Source of the DNA: Paraspadella gotoi
Lineage: Eukaryota; Animalia; Chaetognatha
Direction: 5' to 3'
DNA: 64,000 nucleotides
Assembly (NCBI GenBank): GCA_051294375.1
Contig: JBJCIZ010000028.1
Span: forward strand, 1,770,542-1,834,541
The notes beneath the pieces are model-generated. The model searched no databases. It was not told where the DNA came from and was given only the letters and a program-made list of their open reading frames with translations. Of this stretch, positions 12,501 to 25,020 are shown one piece after another. Positions within the stretch are counted from its first letter, which is position 1. The number at the start of each line of letters is the position of its first letter. The translations under genes were made by a program, and so were the position numbers.

Positions 12501-13850
12501 ATCTTTCTCAACGACTCTCGACTTTCTCAAACCGACTTTCTCAACGCTGCGAACCGCTTTCTCAGCTACCGACTTTCTCAACCGACTTTCTCAACGACTT
12601 TCTCAACCCGACTTTCTCAACCTGACTTTCTCACACTGACTTTCTCAAGCCGGACTTTCTCAACCGACTTTCTCACCGACTTTTCTCAACTGGACTTTTC
12701 TCGGAACCTTTCTGCAACCGACTTTCTGCAACCGACTATTCCGTCAGCCGACTTTCTCACCGCACTTTCTCATCTAGCCGATGCAAGCCTACTTTCCACC
12801 GACTTTCTCAACCGACTTTCTCAACCGACTTTCTCCAACCGACTTTCTCAACGACTTTCTCAACGCGAGTCCAACTGACTGTTCTCAACGTTCACGCTTT
12901 CGACCCTTTCTCCTCAAACGACTTTCTCAAGCCGGACTTTCTCAACGATATTCACCGCGCTTTCTCTAACCGACTTTCTCAAGCCGACTTTCTCTACCGG
13001 AATAACTTTCTCATACATCCAAGCGAACTTTCTCACGACTTTCTCAACCGACTTTCTCAAACCGACTTTCTCACGCGGGACTTTCTCAAGCGGACTTCCT
13101 CAGACCTTTCTCATTTTCAGACGCGATCTTTGCTCAACCGAGCGCTTTCTCAACGCGGACTTTCTCCAACCGACATTTCTCAACCGACTTTCTTCATCAC
13201 CGACTTTCTACAATCCGACTTTTCTCACCGACTTTCTCAACCGACTTTCTCAACCGCTTTTCTCAACGACTTTCTCAACTCGACTTTCTCAACGACTTTC
13301 TCAAAGCCGACTTTCTCAACCGACGCTTTTTCTCAACCGACTTTCGTCCAACGGACTTTCCTCAACGCGCTTTCTCAACTGTTTCCCAAACCTGACTTTC
13401 TCAAGAGCCGTTACCTTTCTCAACGGCAGACTTTCGTTCTCAAACGCGACTTTCTCAACCGACTTTCTCACCGACTTTCTCAACATTGCTCAACCGATCT
13501 TTCTCACGGACTTTCTCAACGGACTTTTCAACGGACTTTCTCAACCGACTGTTCCTCAAACGCGATTTCTGCAACGCGACTTTCTCATCCGACTTTACGC
13601 GACTTTCTCAACGACTTTCTCAATTCGCGACTTTCTCATCCAGACGTTTCTCAACCGACTTTCTCAACCGACTTTTCTCAACCGACTTTCTCAACGCGAC
13701 TTTTCACGACTTTCTCAACCGACTTAGCATTTCTCACGACTTCTCAACGACTTTCTACGACTTTCTCTCAACGCGACTTTCTCAACCGACTTCTCTCGAC
13801 TTCTAAACCGACTTTTCTCCACCATTTCTCACGTACTCAACCGAGTCACC
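9515..13850. repeat. Satellite with a 13-bp unit GACTTTCTCAACC, about 4.3 kb, ending in (CATTATTA)n at 13855-13888
   Basis: Hundreds of degenerate copies; the indel pattern suggests uncorrected read sequence. Confidence 0.95.
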
Positions 13851-13998
13851 GAGACATTATTACATTATTACATTATTACATTATTACAGCCGTTAGAAGA
13901 ATAAAATTGGCTACGTTTCAAACTTTTTCTCTCTTTCATTTTAATTTTTAATGTCTTCTTTCTTCCTCTCTTTCAAGGTTCAGATCCAGATTTAGATT

Positions 13999-14810
13999 AA
14001 AAGTTTGAGCAAACAATGTCGGATCTGTCCTACAAATAATTTTTTTTTATAACTTTCGTTATTTTTTTTAACTTGCATCATTTTTTTTAACTTGCATCAT
14101 TTTTTTAACTTGCATCATTTTTTCAACTTGCATAAATTTTTCAACTTGCATATTTTTTTTAAATTTGCATCATTTTTTCACATTAATTATTTAATTAAAT
14201 AATTAATTAATTAAAACCTTTATTAGTAATCATAATAATAAAGATTCAAGTAAATGTGACTTATGTTTTTTTTCTATTTAAACTAATTTCCACTGGCAAA
14301 AATTCCGTCAAAAACTTTATATCTAGCTTCTTCACACACTTTCCTTACCCGCACACAGATTTCATCTCAATCTATCAATGGGTTAAAAATATGTAAAAAG
14401 ATTCAAGTAAAATGTGACTCATATTTTTTTCATTTAAACTCATTTCCACTCGTACGTTTCTAACCGAAACTTTATATCAAGCTTCGTCACCACACTTTGC
14501 TACCACAACACAAATTTCAACTCAATCTATCCATCCAATTATGATTATAGTAAATGCGACTTATGTTTTTTCCATTTAAACTCATTTTCACTCACATGAA
14601 TACATCGAAACTATATATCCAGCTTCATCACACACAAAATTTCATTCCAATCCAACCAGCCAATCACGAGTTATTCGAGCTTTTTGCTGAGGTGGGACGG
14701 ATGGACAGATTGATTGACTGATTAATTAATTATTGATTAATTAATTAACTAATTGATTAATTAACTGATTAATTATTTGATTTATTAATACATCCTGCAT
14801 ATACATTTAA
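13999..14810 (-). mobile_element. HINE-like element fragment
   Basis: Starts with the family terminus aagtttgagcaaacaatgtcggatctg; has aacttgcatc repeats and three core repeats. Confidence 0.65.
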
Positions 14811-16444
14811 TGGCTGTAATCCCGCTATTTTAGACAATGATTTTGAAATTCGAATAACTATCATTTATTTTCACCCCACTGATAAATATAGGACGTTCTA
14901 CAGTTATAAAAACGGTTGGCTATAGTTATCTTTTCCTTATAACATCGAGCACACTAGGTGAATTTCTATGCCTTCAAAATACAGTAAGACATGATTTCTT
15001 CAATCAAATCTCGTTATCTGAAAGAAGTACATGCGATTTTTCATGGTAAGCCCAACTTTTAAAGATAAAATTGCTCATAGGAATTTAGTCGTCAATCAGA
15101 TTCACAGAACTCTTCAGGATAAAGATGACACTTAATCGTTTTCTTTTTTCCTCTCCCTTTTTCTTTTTCCTTCTCTTTCTCCCTCTCTGTCACTCTCTCT
15201 GTCACTCTCTCTTTCCTTCCTTCAATCCTTCTCTCATCCCTTTCCTCTTTCTACCTCTCTGTCACTCTTTCTTTCCCTCCTTCTCTCATCCCTTTCCTCT
15301 CTCTTCCTCTCTTTTGCCTTTTTTACCTTATTATTTTTTTCTCCCTTTTTATCTCTGCTTTTCTTCTTCTCTCTTCATCTTTTCTTTTCTTTCCTTCTCT
15401 CTTGTTCTCAACCTCCTCTTAATCTTTTTTTCTACTTTCAAATCCAATCCCTCTCCCTCTACCTGCTCCTCTTTTTTTCACACTCTCTCTTGCTCCACTT
15501 CTCTTTTTCTCTTGTTGTCTTATTTTCTGACATGACCAAATGAAAAAATTTTGAATGAACTGTAGTAAAAAAAATTTTGGGTAGCGCAAGATTTTATTTC
15601 AATTTTGGTTGCCTAGCAGATTTAGTAAATCGACAGATTTTGCGGAAAATATTTTCCGCAAAATCTGTCGATTCTCAGAAAAAACAAGTCCTGACGCTTT
15701 CCATTGGGTTAAAAGGATGCGGTTTTTTTTGATTAATCAACGTCAGTATGTACTTCATCTTTTAAAACTAATAAATGAGTTGAAAATATTCTTTTTATCA
15801 AAAATAAATGCAAGTCACAAAAAGTCACAAATTAAAAAACGTCTTTAAAAATTATTTGTGGCTAAACTAAAAAAGTTTTTTTGATAATTTTATAGGTGCT
15901 AAAAGCTTATTCAATTGCCTATATTTTCTGTTAATTTAAACCAATTTGAACAATTTTCGTTTAACAAATTATGATAAAAACAGAAAATGAAACTTTTTGA
16001 CTTGTCAACTTTAAAATTAATTCATAGGCAAACTATAAATGATTTAAGGAAACAAAGTTAACCCAGAGGTAAAGAAGATAAGGAAGAACGGATTTCCAAA
16101 GTAAAAAATTTTTCTCAACTTTCCTTGCCATTCAAATCAAAAGACGAAAGTGAAAATGGACAAAAAAGGACATGATTTTTTTTCCTAAAAGTTGCCAAAA
16201 TGGTACTCTTTTATGATTAGAAACAGGTGGAGATGATTTTAACCAATCCTTAGTTTGGCCCAATTTGTATTGTGGTACAAATTAAATTAATATTGTAAGT
16301 AACAACTGAACAATATTGGAAAAAGTTGTTTTTTTGCTAAATTCGCCGTTTGTAAGCGGAACCTAATATAAAAAGAAAAAGAAGCATAATTACTTAGTGA
16401 AACAGTTTTTTTGTTTTTTTTCATTTAAACTCATTTCCACTCAA

Positions 16445-17490
16445 CTGAAAAATTTAAAATGCTAATGAATACATGTTGAATTAATCTATCATGAGCATAG
16501 ATCTATTAGTATGAAAATATTTTTTTGCTCAAAATCTAATTTTTTTTGGAGGGTACTAGCCCTAATTAACAATTATTTATATTCACTATATCAAAGCAAA
16601 AAAATTTTGTTTTGAAATCTTAAAATTTTTTAATGGATTCCTGTATTAGAAGCATAAAAAGTATAAACAAGAAATATTAATTACAGCTTTTAAAAATTCT
16701 TACGTATATTCTGAGTAAAAACTTTTAAAAAACTGCATAAAATCACCTCAAAAGAGAATGGACCGATTGTTTTATAGGTTTTCTTTATTTTTGACCCTAC
16801 TTATTCATAAAAAACAGACAACTTGTTTATGCAGGCTATCTGAATCTGATCTTAAAATTAAAATATTAAAAAAAAAATTTTTGTGACCTTTTCTATCTAT
16901 AAAATAAAATATTTCAAAAATAATTACTTAGGGTATAGGGAGCCATATAAAAAAAAAATTGCTTGTCCATTTTGAAAGGCTATACTTAAAAATGTATAAA
17001 TTTTCGTTGAGCTTGTACTCACTCCTAAATGTCTTTGACTCACCCCATTTGAGTTACCGGCTACCGGCAGCTTTTTTTCAAAAGAAGCCCCTTTGCTGCA
17101 GCTCCTTGACAGCAGCGGACTCAAATTACACGCACAAAATTGATCTTTTGCTACTTTCATCGTCGTTTTATGCGTCACTCCTTTTGTCGTCGCTTCACCG
17201 TTGGCAAACTGTTTCCTCCACGTTCAAATACGATCGCGTTTTTGTCAATCCCTATTCCTGACGGAAGAAGCCTTTAATTCTTTCTCTCGCCTGCACGTCA
17301 CCCAGCATGCCAGAATTTTATTGTTGGAACAGTGAGCGTCGAAAAAAATGACCGCTAATCCCTTACCCTAATCCCAACCCTAATCCCTAGCCCTAACCCT
17401 AATCCCTAACCCTAATTCCCAAAACCCTAAATTTTCCCCTAATATCTATCCTCTAAACTAACCTTATCCCTAACTGAAAGCCCTAAAAAT
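16445..17490. repeat. Dispersed ~1 kb repeat ending in a degenerate (CCCTAA)n array; second copy at 47350-48247
   Basis: Colinear match from aaatgctaatgaatacatgttg to ccctaatccctagccctaaccc in both places. Confidence 0.8.
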
Positions 17491-17716
17491 TAATCCATCG
17501 TTCAAATTATCATTTTAAAATTATCTTCAAATTTATCGTCGGTCGTATTTGTCAATCCTGCTACGTCATACAGCACATAATTCGCTGCTCCGTCATACCC
17601 GGCAAACGGGCATCGGATGTTTGAAAAAGGCCAAAAATGTGAAAAAAATGACCAGAACAGGCCAGAGAACATAGTCTGCCTGATCCAGCAAAAATACGTC
17701 TCAAGTAACCGAGTTG

Positions 17717-18157
17717 TTTAGTCGGATCTGCTCATAGCAGATCCCGACTCTATAATTCACTTTGTCGTCCATCCGTCCGCCCCCTCAATATTGTCGGGGC
17801 ACTAATTATATCATGTCAGAACATCGAATTATGATAAATTATTGCCAAAAAAAACGATGTCCGTCCGCTCCCGTCTCCGTCCCACCTTAGCTAAAAACAC
17901 CAATTACTCGTGATTGGATGGATGGATTGGAATGAAATATTGTGTGTGGCGTAGGGGAAGTGTGTTGATTGAGCTGGATATGAAGTTTCGATGGAATCGT
18001 GCGAGTGGAAATGAGTTTAAATGGAAAAAACAAAAATATAATTTCACTATTGAACACCAATTGCCATGAGTGATGGGGCGATTGACTTGGAATTTTGCTA
18101 TGCTGGGTAGGAAAGTGTGTGAGTTGAACAGGAAATCAAGTTTCCGATTGAATCGTT
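17717..18157 (+). mobile_element. HINE-like element 5' portion
   Basis: tttAGTCGGATCTGC-tcata-GCAGATCCCGACTctata terminal hairpin, then GTCC-type repeats and core; truncated at the gap. Confidence 0.7.
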
Positions 18158-18259
18158 NNNNNNNNNNNNNNNNNNNNNNNNNNNNNNNNNNNNNNNNNNN
18201 NNNNNNNNNNNNNNNNNNNNNNNNNNNNNNNNNNNNNNNNNNNNNNNNNNNNNNNNNCA

Positions 18260-19330
18260 CTCGATTCTGGCTGGGCCCATGTTCGAGTTTCCTCAGGCGT
18301 GTCCGTTTCACGCGGAATGAGGGCGGCGGAACAGTCAGTCGGCTTGAACGGAACCGTTATCGCTCCCCAGTGCGAAAACGGTTGCCACGAGCTTGTGAGG
18401 AAGCCTCTGCGACGTGTCTCGGCGATGCTACGCTGCGTGACGAGGTCGTGTTACGTGCGCTCCGCGCACGCGGGTCGAATTTTCCTATAGATCGTTGTTT
18501 TGACCAAGTGCCTAGGGCCGCTTTCGGAGTGCTCCTCCGGGTGTCATCAAGTGACAGCACACCTGTGTTCCGTCGAACTTCTGCACGGGCCCAATCGCGT
18601 CCTCCTTCACACATGTCGACCAGGTCCGCTGCCATAGGCTGGCGCGCCCTCACCGGGTCGACGTTAGACGCGTGCCTGCTCGTTCTCGGAGCTGGGAGCA
18701 GTGCTTTAGTTCATGCGTCTGTTAACTGTTCTCCCTATGCGAAACCGCAGGTCTCTCACTCATGGGTTTGTGTAGATGCCGTAGGGGTAGTAGAAAATCT
18801 GCGCGGCTTTTTCCGTCGCTTTTCGTGCGGCGGTCCATGCTTGATCGTGCGCGTTACCACGTGGGCGGAGTGCCGGTCGCTGTTCGCCGCGTCGTTTCCC
18901 CGTCCAGCGCCGCCGGAAAAGCCCGGACGGCGTGGGGCAGGCAGGGCTGGCCAGGACGGAGTAACCTGGAGGCGGGCCTCGTTGGGCGTTTTGCCGGCGC
19001 TGGCGGTCCTTGGGTAACTCTCGAGCGCGGTTGAAGCGCGATTTCAAAGTTTGCGACTTACGGACGCCGTTCTTGTTTTGGCCACATCGCGGCTCTGTTC
19101 TATCTCTCTTGTGTGGAGTTGTTCGAATTTCCGCTCGAAGAGGGCGGCTATGTTCCTTTGCGGAGTCGTTTTACCAGCCAGAGCGTGTCGCGCGTGGCCT
19201 TTGGCGTTCGTTTCCCAGGTGAAAGCCGGATTTCCTCTCCGTTCAGGATCCTTATTGATGGCTCTCAGACAGTCCGATTACGCGGTTTTTCGTTGTTCGA
19301 GAGGGGTCCATCGTCGACTGTAGGCGGGAC
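18260..19330 (-). pseudogene. Heavily frameshifted Ty3/Gypsy pol remnant (end of RNase H plus integrase)
   Basis: GC-rich island; on the minus strand, in the expected order: N-x-x-DCL-like (about 19290-19260), H...KAT...FYYP zinc-binding-like (about 18850-18785), ADLVDM (about 18629-18612) and SDNG (18364-18353). Confidence 0.45.
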
Positions 19331-20199
19331 GTGGCGTGCCGGCCGGCCGGCTACTTTCGATTCGCTCGGCGCCTCTCTCCAATGTGGAACCTATCCAGTT
19401 CTTATTACTGCTACTTCGTCCACCGTTTCCGCGCCGGGTTTTTGGCGGAAGGTGCGTCCGAGATCAACAGGACCCGTTGGCCTGTTCCAGTCGCTCGGCG
19501 GGATGTCTCTCTCTCGGTAGTCCTTGTTTGTCCTGTCGTCATTCTTGCTTATAGTGAACGGTTAATGTAGGCGCAATTTTTCGGATTTGAGTTGACCGCG
19601 TTACCGTTTTTATTCTTCTTTTTGATGTCGAAAAGTTTTATTTTCTTCAAAAAGGGAGAAAGCAATTTGACTTCTCCGTAACGGGTAGCGTTTGCTGAAT
19701 TTGTCGGACGGCGGTTGGGGCTGGAACGGTCTTGTCTGCCACCACAATAACGTGGAAGACAAACATGGTCGAAATAACAGAGTATTTATTATACACAACT
19801 AAGAAGGCAAAAAAAGAAACGAGACCCATGAACGTTAGGACGATGGACGAGACAGAGATTGAATATCGTACAATCTTCTCGATCTCAGAACTCAAGTCAC
19901 TGTTCCCGTCTCATCTGGCCTTCCGCCACAACTCTCCAAACCGTCTTATTCGTTTGTGTGAGCCCATGGGCTATCTCTGTATCTCCTCCCTCTCATCCTG
20001 CCTGCTCTCTCTGCCGCTCTTCCTGACCTGCTCGTTCCAGTCGCTCTCGCGGCTCCCCGGCAGATCGTTCAGTGCCTCTCGTTGACTGCCTGTTATGAAT
20101 TTTTTTTTGAAAACGGGCTTAATTATTTTTTATTAACATATTACAAAGGCAGCAAAAAAACATTGTTTCCATCGCTTGCAAATCTTTTCATTACTCCAC

Positions 20200-21385
20200 A
20201 CCTTACTGTTCAATCACACACGTTTTCTACTCACATTACAAATTCCAGGTCAATCGATAATTAGTGGTAATAAGCTAACTTGGTCACTTGCATAAATTAA
20301 TCAACTTGCATAAATTTTGTCATAACTGACATAATTTTGTCTCGACATACATATGGTCAACTGACATAATTTGGTCAACTGACATAATTTGATCAATTAG
20401 AGATAATTTGGTCAAACCAGCATAATTTGGTCAACTGGCATAATTTTTATCAACTGGCCTAATTTGGTCAACTGGCATAATTTGGTCAACAGGCATAATT
20501 TGGTCAACTTGCAGAACTTGATCAACTTGCAGAATTTTGTCAACTGGCATAATTTTGGTCAACTTTAAGAATTTGGTCAACTGGCATATTTTTTTCATTT
20601 GCATAATATGGTCAATCATCAATCAATCAATTCAATCAATCAATCAATCAAATCCATCAATCTATCAATCTATCAATCAATCAGAGAGAGATGAGTAGAG
20701 AGAGAAACTTTAAAAAATTCAAATAAATGTGTCTTTTGGTTTTCTAATTTGGAACTCTTTTCCACTCCTACAGATTCCATCTAAAAATTTATATCCAGCT
20801 TTATCACATACTTTCCTACCCACACACAAAATTCTCAATTTCGATTTATCTATCCATTTTTTAATAAACATAATAATTATGAGTAAATTTAAGTAAAAAT
20901 CTTCAAGTAAATATACTTTTGTTTTTTTCCATTTAAACTCATTTTCACCGCACGATTCCATCGAAACTTATATCCAGCTCAATCACACACTTTCCTACCA
21001 TTCATACAAAATTTCAAGTCAATTGCCCTATCCACTCATGAGCAATTGGCGTTCAAATAGTGAAATTATTTTTTTTGTTTTTTCCATTTAAACCAATTTC
21101 CACTCGCACGATCCCTCGAACTTCATATCCATCTCATACACACAGTTCCTACCCACACACAAAATTTCATACCAAGTCCATCCACTCCAAATCACGAGTA
21201 AGTTGGAGTTTTTTGCTAAGGGTGACGGACGACGGACGGGCACGGACATCGTTTTTTTTGCATAATTAATCATAATTCGATGGTTCTGACATGATATAAG
21301 TGTGTGTGCCCCGACATATATTGAGGGGGCGGACCGACGGCCCGACAAAGTGAATTATAGAGTCGGGATCTGCTGATCCCGACAG
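20200..21385 (-). mobile_element. HINE-like element with an internal ~18-19-bp minisatellite (tggtcaactggcataatt, 20280-20615) and (ATCA)n
   Basis: Core repeats, a GGAC-type tract and the terminal agtcgggatctgctgatcccgac. Confidence 0.7.
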
Positions 21386-21399
21386 AGACAGATTAAAAT

Positions 21400-22137
21400 T
21401 AGCAATCAAAAAAAGTTGTTATTTTACTCACTGAATAAAAAATACTTAAAATACTTACCAAAATACATAAAATTGATAAAATTATTATTCCGAGTAACAT
21501 AGTTTAATCACATGCAATATATCTAGTAAGGCGGTGTCAATATTGAATACTTTTTTTAACTTCTAGTTCTCTTTAAAATTTTTTTTTTCCTTTACTTACT
21601 AAATCGATTTTCAATGTAACTTTTTGAATTAGTTCATTGGGTGTGTTGCACTGAAGCTTTTAAATATTATTAATAATAATAATTATATAAGGTTGACGGA
21701 ATTGTTGCCAGTGGAATATGAGTTTAGATGGAAAAAACATAAGTCACATTTACTTGAATCTTTATATTAATGATTACTAATAAATGTTTGTAATTAATTA
21801 ATTAATTAATTAATATGAAAAAATGATGCAAGTTAAAAGAATCTTAAAAGCATTAAGATTGTCGCAATTGAATAAAAAGAGAGAGAGAGAGTGAGAGAGT
21901 GAGAGAGAGAGAGAAAAAGACATAAAATAAAATAGAGGATATTTGTTTGTTTTGATAAAATGTAAACAAAACAAATTTATTAACTGTCCTAACCCAATTT
22001 TAAGGACATCGATGATGATAAGTTGAATATAAATTTAAAATGAATTATTACATATTAAAATTAATTAATTAATTAATCGATTAATTAATTATTTAATTAA
22101 TTATCGTAGGCAGATCCGACATTGTTTGCTCAAACTT
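21400..22137 (+). mobile_element. HINE-like element 3' portion; left arm of a large palindrome
   Basis: Ends gcagatccgacattgtttgctcaaactt; reverse complement of parts of 22495-23520. Confidence 0.7.
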
Positions 22138-22493
22138 ATTTTTTGATAATTTATCATAATTTAATGTTCTGACATGAAATAAATTAATGCCCGACAAGAT
22201 TGAGGGGGCGGACCGACGGACCGACAAAGTGAATTATAGAGTGAGATGATATTTAAAAGGAAACCGATTTATTAGTTGATGATATTTAAAAAATGATGAT
22301 AGTTAAAAGTAAAAAACCGATGATAGTTATTTGAAAAAATGATATTCAAAAGGAAACCGATTTAGGAGGTAATGATATTTAAAAAATGATGATATTTAAA
22401 AGTAAAAGACGGATGATAGTTATTTGGAGAAATGATATTTAAAAAAAGAGATGATAATTAAAAGGAAACCGATTTATTAGTTGATGATATTTA

Positions 22494-23738
22494 AACAAGT
22501 TTGAGCAAACAATGTCGGATCTGCCTACGATAATTAATTAATTAATTAATTAATTAATCGATTAATAAATAAATTAATTTTAATATGTAATAATTAATTT
22601 TAAATTTATATTCAACTTATCATCATCGATGTCCTTAAAATTGGGTTAGGACAGTTATTAAATATGTTTTGTTTACATTTTATCAAAACAAACAAATATC
22701 CTGTTCTTTATTTTATGTCTCCTTGTCTCTCTCGCTCTCTCTCTCTCTCTTTCTTTCTATCTTTTTATGCAATTGCGACGATCTTTATGCTTTTAAGATT
22801 TTTTTAACTTGCATCATTTTTTCACATTAATTAATTAATTAATTAATTTTTTTTCCTTTTACTACTAAATCGATTTTCAATGTAACTTTTTGATTTAGTT
22901 CATTGTGTAGTTGCACTGAAGCTTTTAAATATTTATTAATATATAATAATTATATAAAGTTTTGACGGAATTGTGCCAGTGGAAATGAGTTTAGATGGAA
23001 AAAACATAAGTCACATTTACTTGAATCTTTAATATTAATGATTACTAATAAATGTTTTAATTAAAAAAATAGAATTCAGCCAATAATGATGATGATGATA
23101 ATTTTTTATGGTTTTTTCTATTTTTAACCAATTTATTGTCAAAATCTAGAAAAAAAAAATTAAAATATATAACTTTCATTTAACTTTTTAAGCTCTACAA
23201 GAACGTTCTTAAAAAAATCAAATTTTAAATTTTTTTTTGTCATTTGTTATATATTAATAAATATTTAAAAGCTTCGAGTGCACAACCAAATGAACTAATT
23301 CAAAAAGTTACATTGAAAATCTATTTAGTAGTAAAAGGGAAAAAAATTTTTTTTGAGAGAACTAGAAGTTATAAAAAGTGTTCAATTTTGGCTCGCCTTA
23401 CTAGATATATTGCATGTGATTAAACAATGTTATCGGAATAATAATTTTATCATTTTATGTATTTTGTAAGTATTTTAAGTACTTTTATTCAGTGAGTAAA
23501 ATAACTTTTTATTCGCTAATTTTTTATCTCGGACTCTCTCTCTTTTCTCTCTCTCTTCTCTGTGCAATTGCAACGATACCTTATGCTCATTTTTCTGGTC
23601 TCTCTCTCTCTCTCTCCTCTCTCTTTGCAATTGCAACGATCCTTTGCTCATTTTTCTGCTCTCTTTCTCTCTCTCTCTCTCTCGCTCTTCTCCTCTCTCT
23701 TTGCACTGCGACGATCCTTATGCTTCATTTTTCTGCAC

Positions 23739-23774
<36 letters not shown>

Positions 23775-24258
23775 ATTAAATAATAAAGAATTCAAGTAAA
23801 TATGACTTTTGTTTTTTCCCTTTTAACTCATTTCCACTTGCACGATTCCATCGAAACTTAATATCACAGCTCAATCACACACTTTCCTACCATCATAACA
23901 TTTCAAGTCAATTGCCTATCCACTCATGAGCAAGTTGGCGTTCCAAATACGTGAATATATTTTTTTTTCCCATTTAAACCAATTTCCACTCGCACGATTC
24001 CTTCGAAACTCATAACCATCTCAATCACAAGTTTCCTACCACACACCAAAATTTCATACCAATCCATCCAATTGGAGTTTTTTGCTAAGGTGGACGGACG
24101 GACGGACGGACATGCAATTTTTTTTGCATAATTTATCATAATTCGATTGTTCTGACATGATATAAGTTAGTGCCCCGACAATATTGGAGGGGGCGGATCG
24201 CACGGACGACAAAGTGAATTATAGGTCGGGATCTGCTGATAAGCAGATCCAACTAAAA
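22494..24258 (-). mobile_element. HINE-like element with both termini
   Basis: aaacaagtttgagcaaacaatgtcggatctgc at 22494 and gtcgggatctgctgataagcagatccaactaaaa at about 24225-24258. Read on the minus strand this is T-run, subTIR+IR, (GTCC)n, tandem cores, subTIR, GTTTG-CT-CAAAC stem-loop, TTGTTT, the DINE-1/HINE layout. Confidence 0.75.
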
Positions 24259-24945
24259 ATGATTTCATGACAAGAACGGCCATATAATGAGAAGAAAAAT
24301 TCAATGATATTTAAAAAGAAAAACATGATAGTTATTTTAGAAACTCTGAAAATGATTTAATCATTTATATTTAAAAAGAAAAAATGATATTTATTTGGAA
24401 ACCCTGAAATAGACTCTCTCGATTTTCTCCGACTGATATTTAAAAGCTGATATCTAAAAGACCGTTTCCTTTTATTCAAGTTATCCTTCAGCGGCCAAAA
24501 ACCAAAGCCAGGAGAAAGATAGCTTTATTTATTAAATTAATTGTGTTGATGTGTGGTAACTATCAAATTTTTGATATGAAATAATACTACGCATTAAATC
24601 AATAGAATAATTTTTTTATGGGGTTGTACCAATTTTCAAAGATGAAATTATTTGAGAATATTTATGATCGTTCATTATTACAAAGATTAAAGTTTGAGCA
24701 GTTGAATGATAAGAATTAAAAGTTAATAACATTTTGTTGAATGTTGATTCAGTTTTTTACACTGAGATCGTCGTTGATAATTTAGCGATGATTAACCGGT
24801 TTGGGAATCGAGAGGTAAGAGATAAAAACGGGAATGTGAGAGAGAAGAGAGAGAGTGAGAGGCCTTTTAGTCGCTAAAAGCTAAAGTGAGTTTAACTGGG
24901 ACAAAATATAGCATTCAGTCCGACTTATTTTATTTGGAAATAAAT

Positions 24946-25020
24946 CGCCCCTCGCCAGGATTCGATCCTTGATCCTGAACGCTGTTTGTCTGGTAATTAC
25001 AGCCAGAGTGTTACCCAGAC
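24946..25020 (-). other. tRNA-derived fragment (SINE-head-like or tRNA pseudogene)
   Basis: Minus strand has a tctgg-ctgtaatta-ccaga anticodon-like arm and a aggatcgaatcct T-arm/B-box-like motif; no complete cloverleaf. Confidence 0.3.

Noticed and set aside
9561-13951. Many 60-300 aa ORFs (FSTDFLNRLSQPT...)
   Set aside because: Translations of the stop-free 13-bp satellite.
15125-15535. F/S/L-rich hydrophobic ORFs (also 23492, 35726, 38569, 61272, 61822)
   Set aside because: Products of polypyrimidine and (CT)n tracts, not membrane proteins.
17354-17490. True telomere or chromosome-fusion scar
   Set aside because: Short, degenerate and embedded in a repeat that is duplicated at 48187.
18070-19570. 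Long plus-strand ORFs in the GC island
   Set aside because: Shadow frames of the GC-rich minus-strand pol remnant; no recognisable motifs.
20280-20615. CRISPR-like periodic repeats (also 61557-61690)
   Set aside because: Head-to-tail units with no unique spacers, in a eukaryotic TE context.
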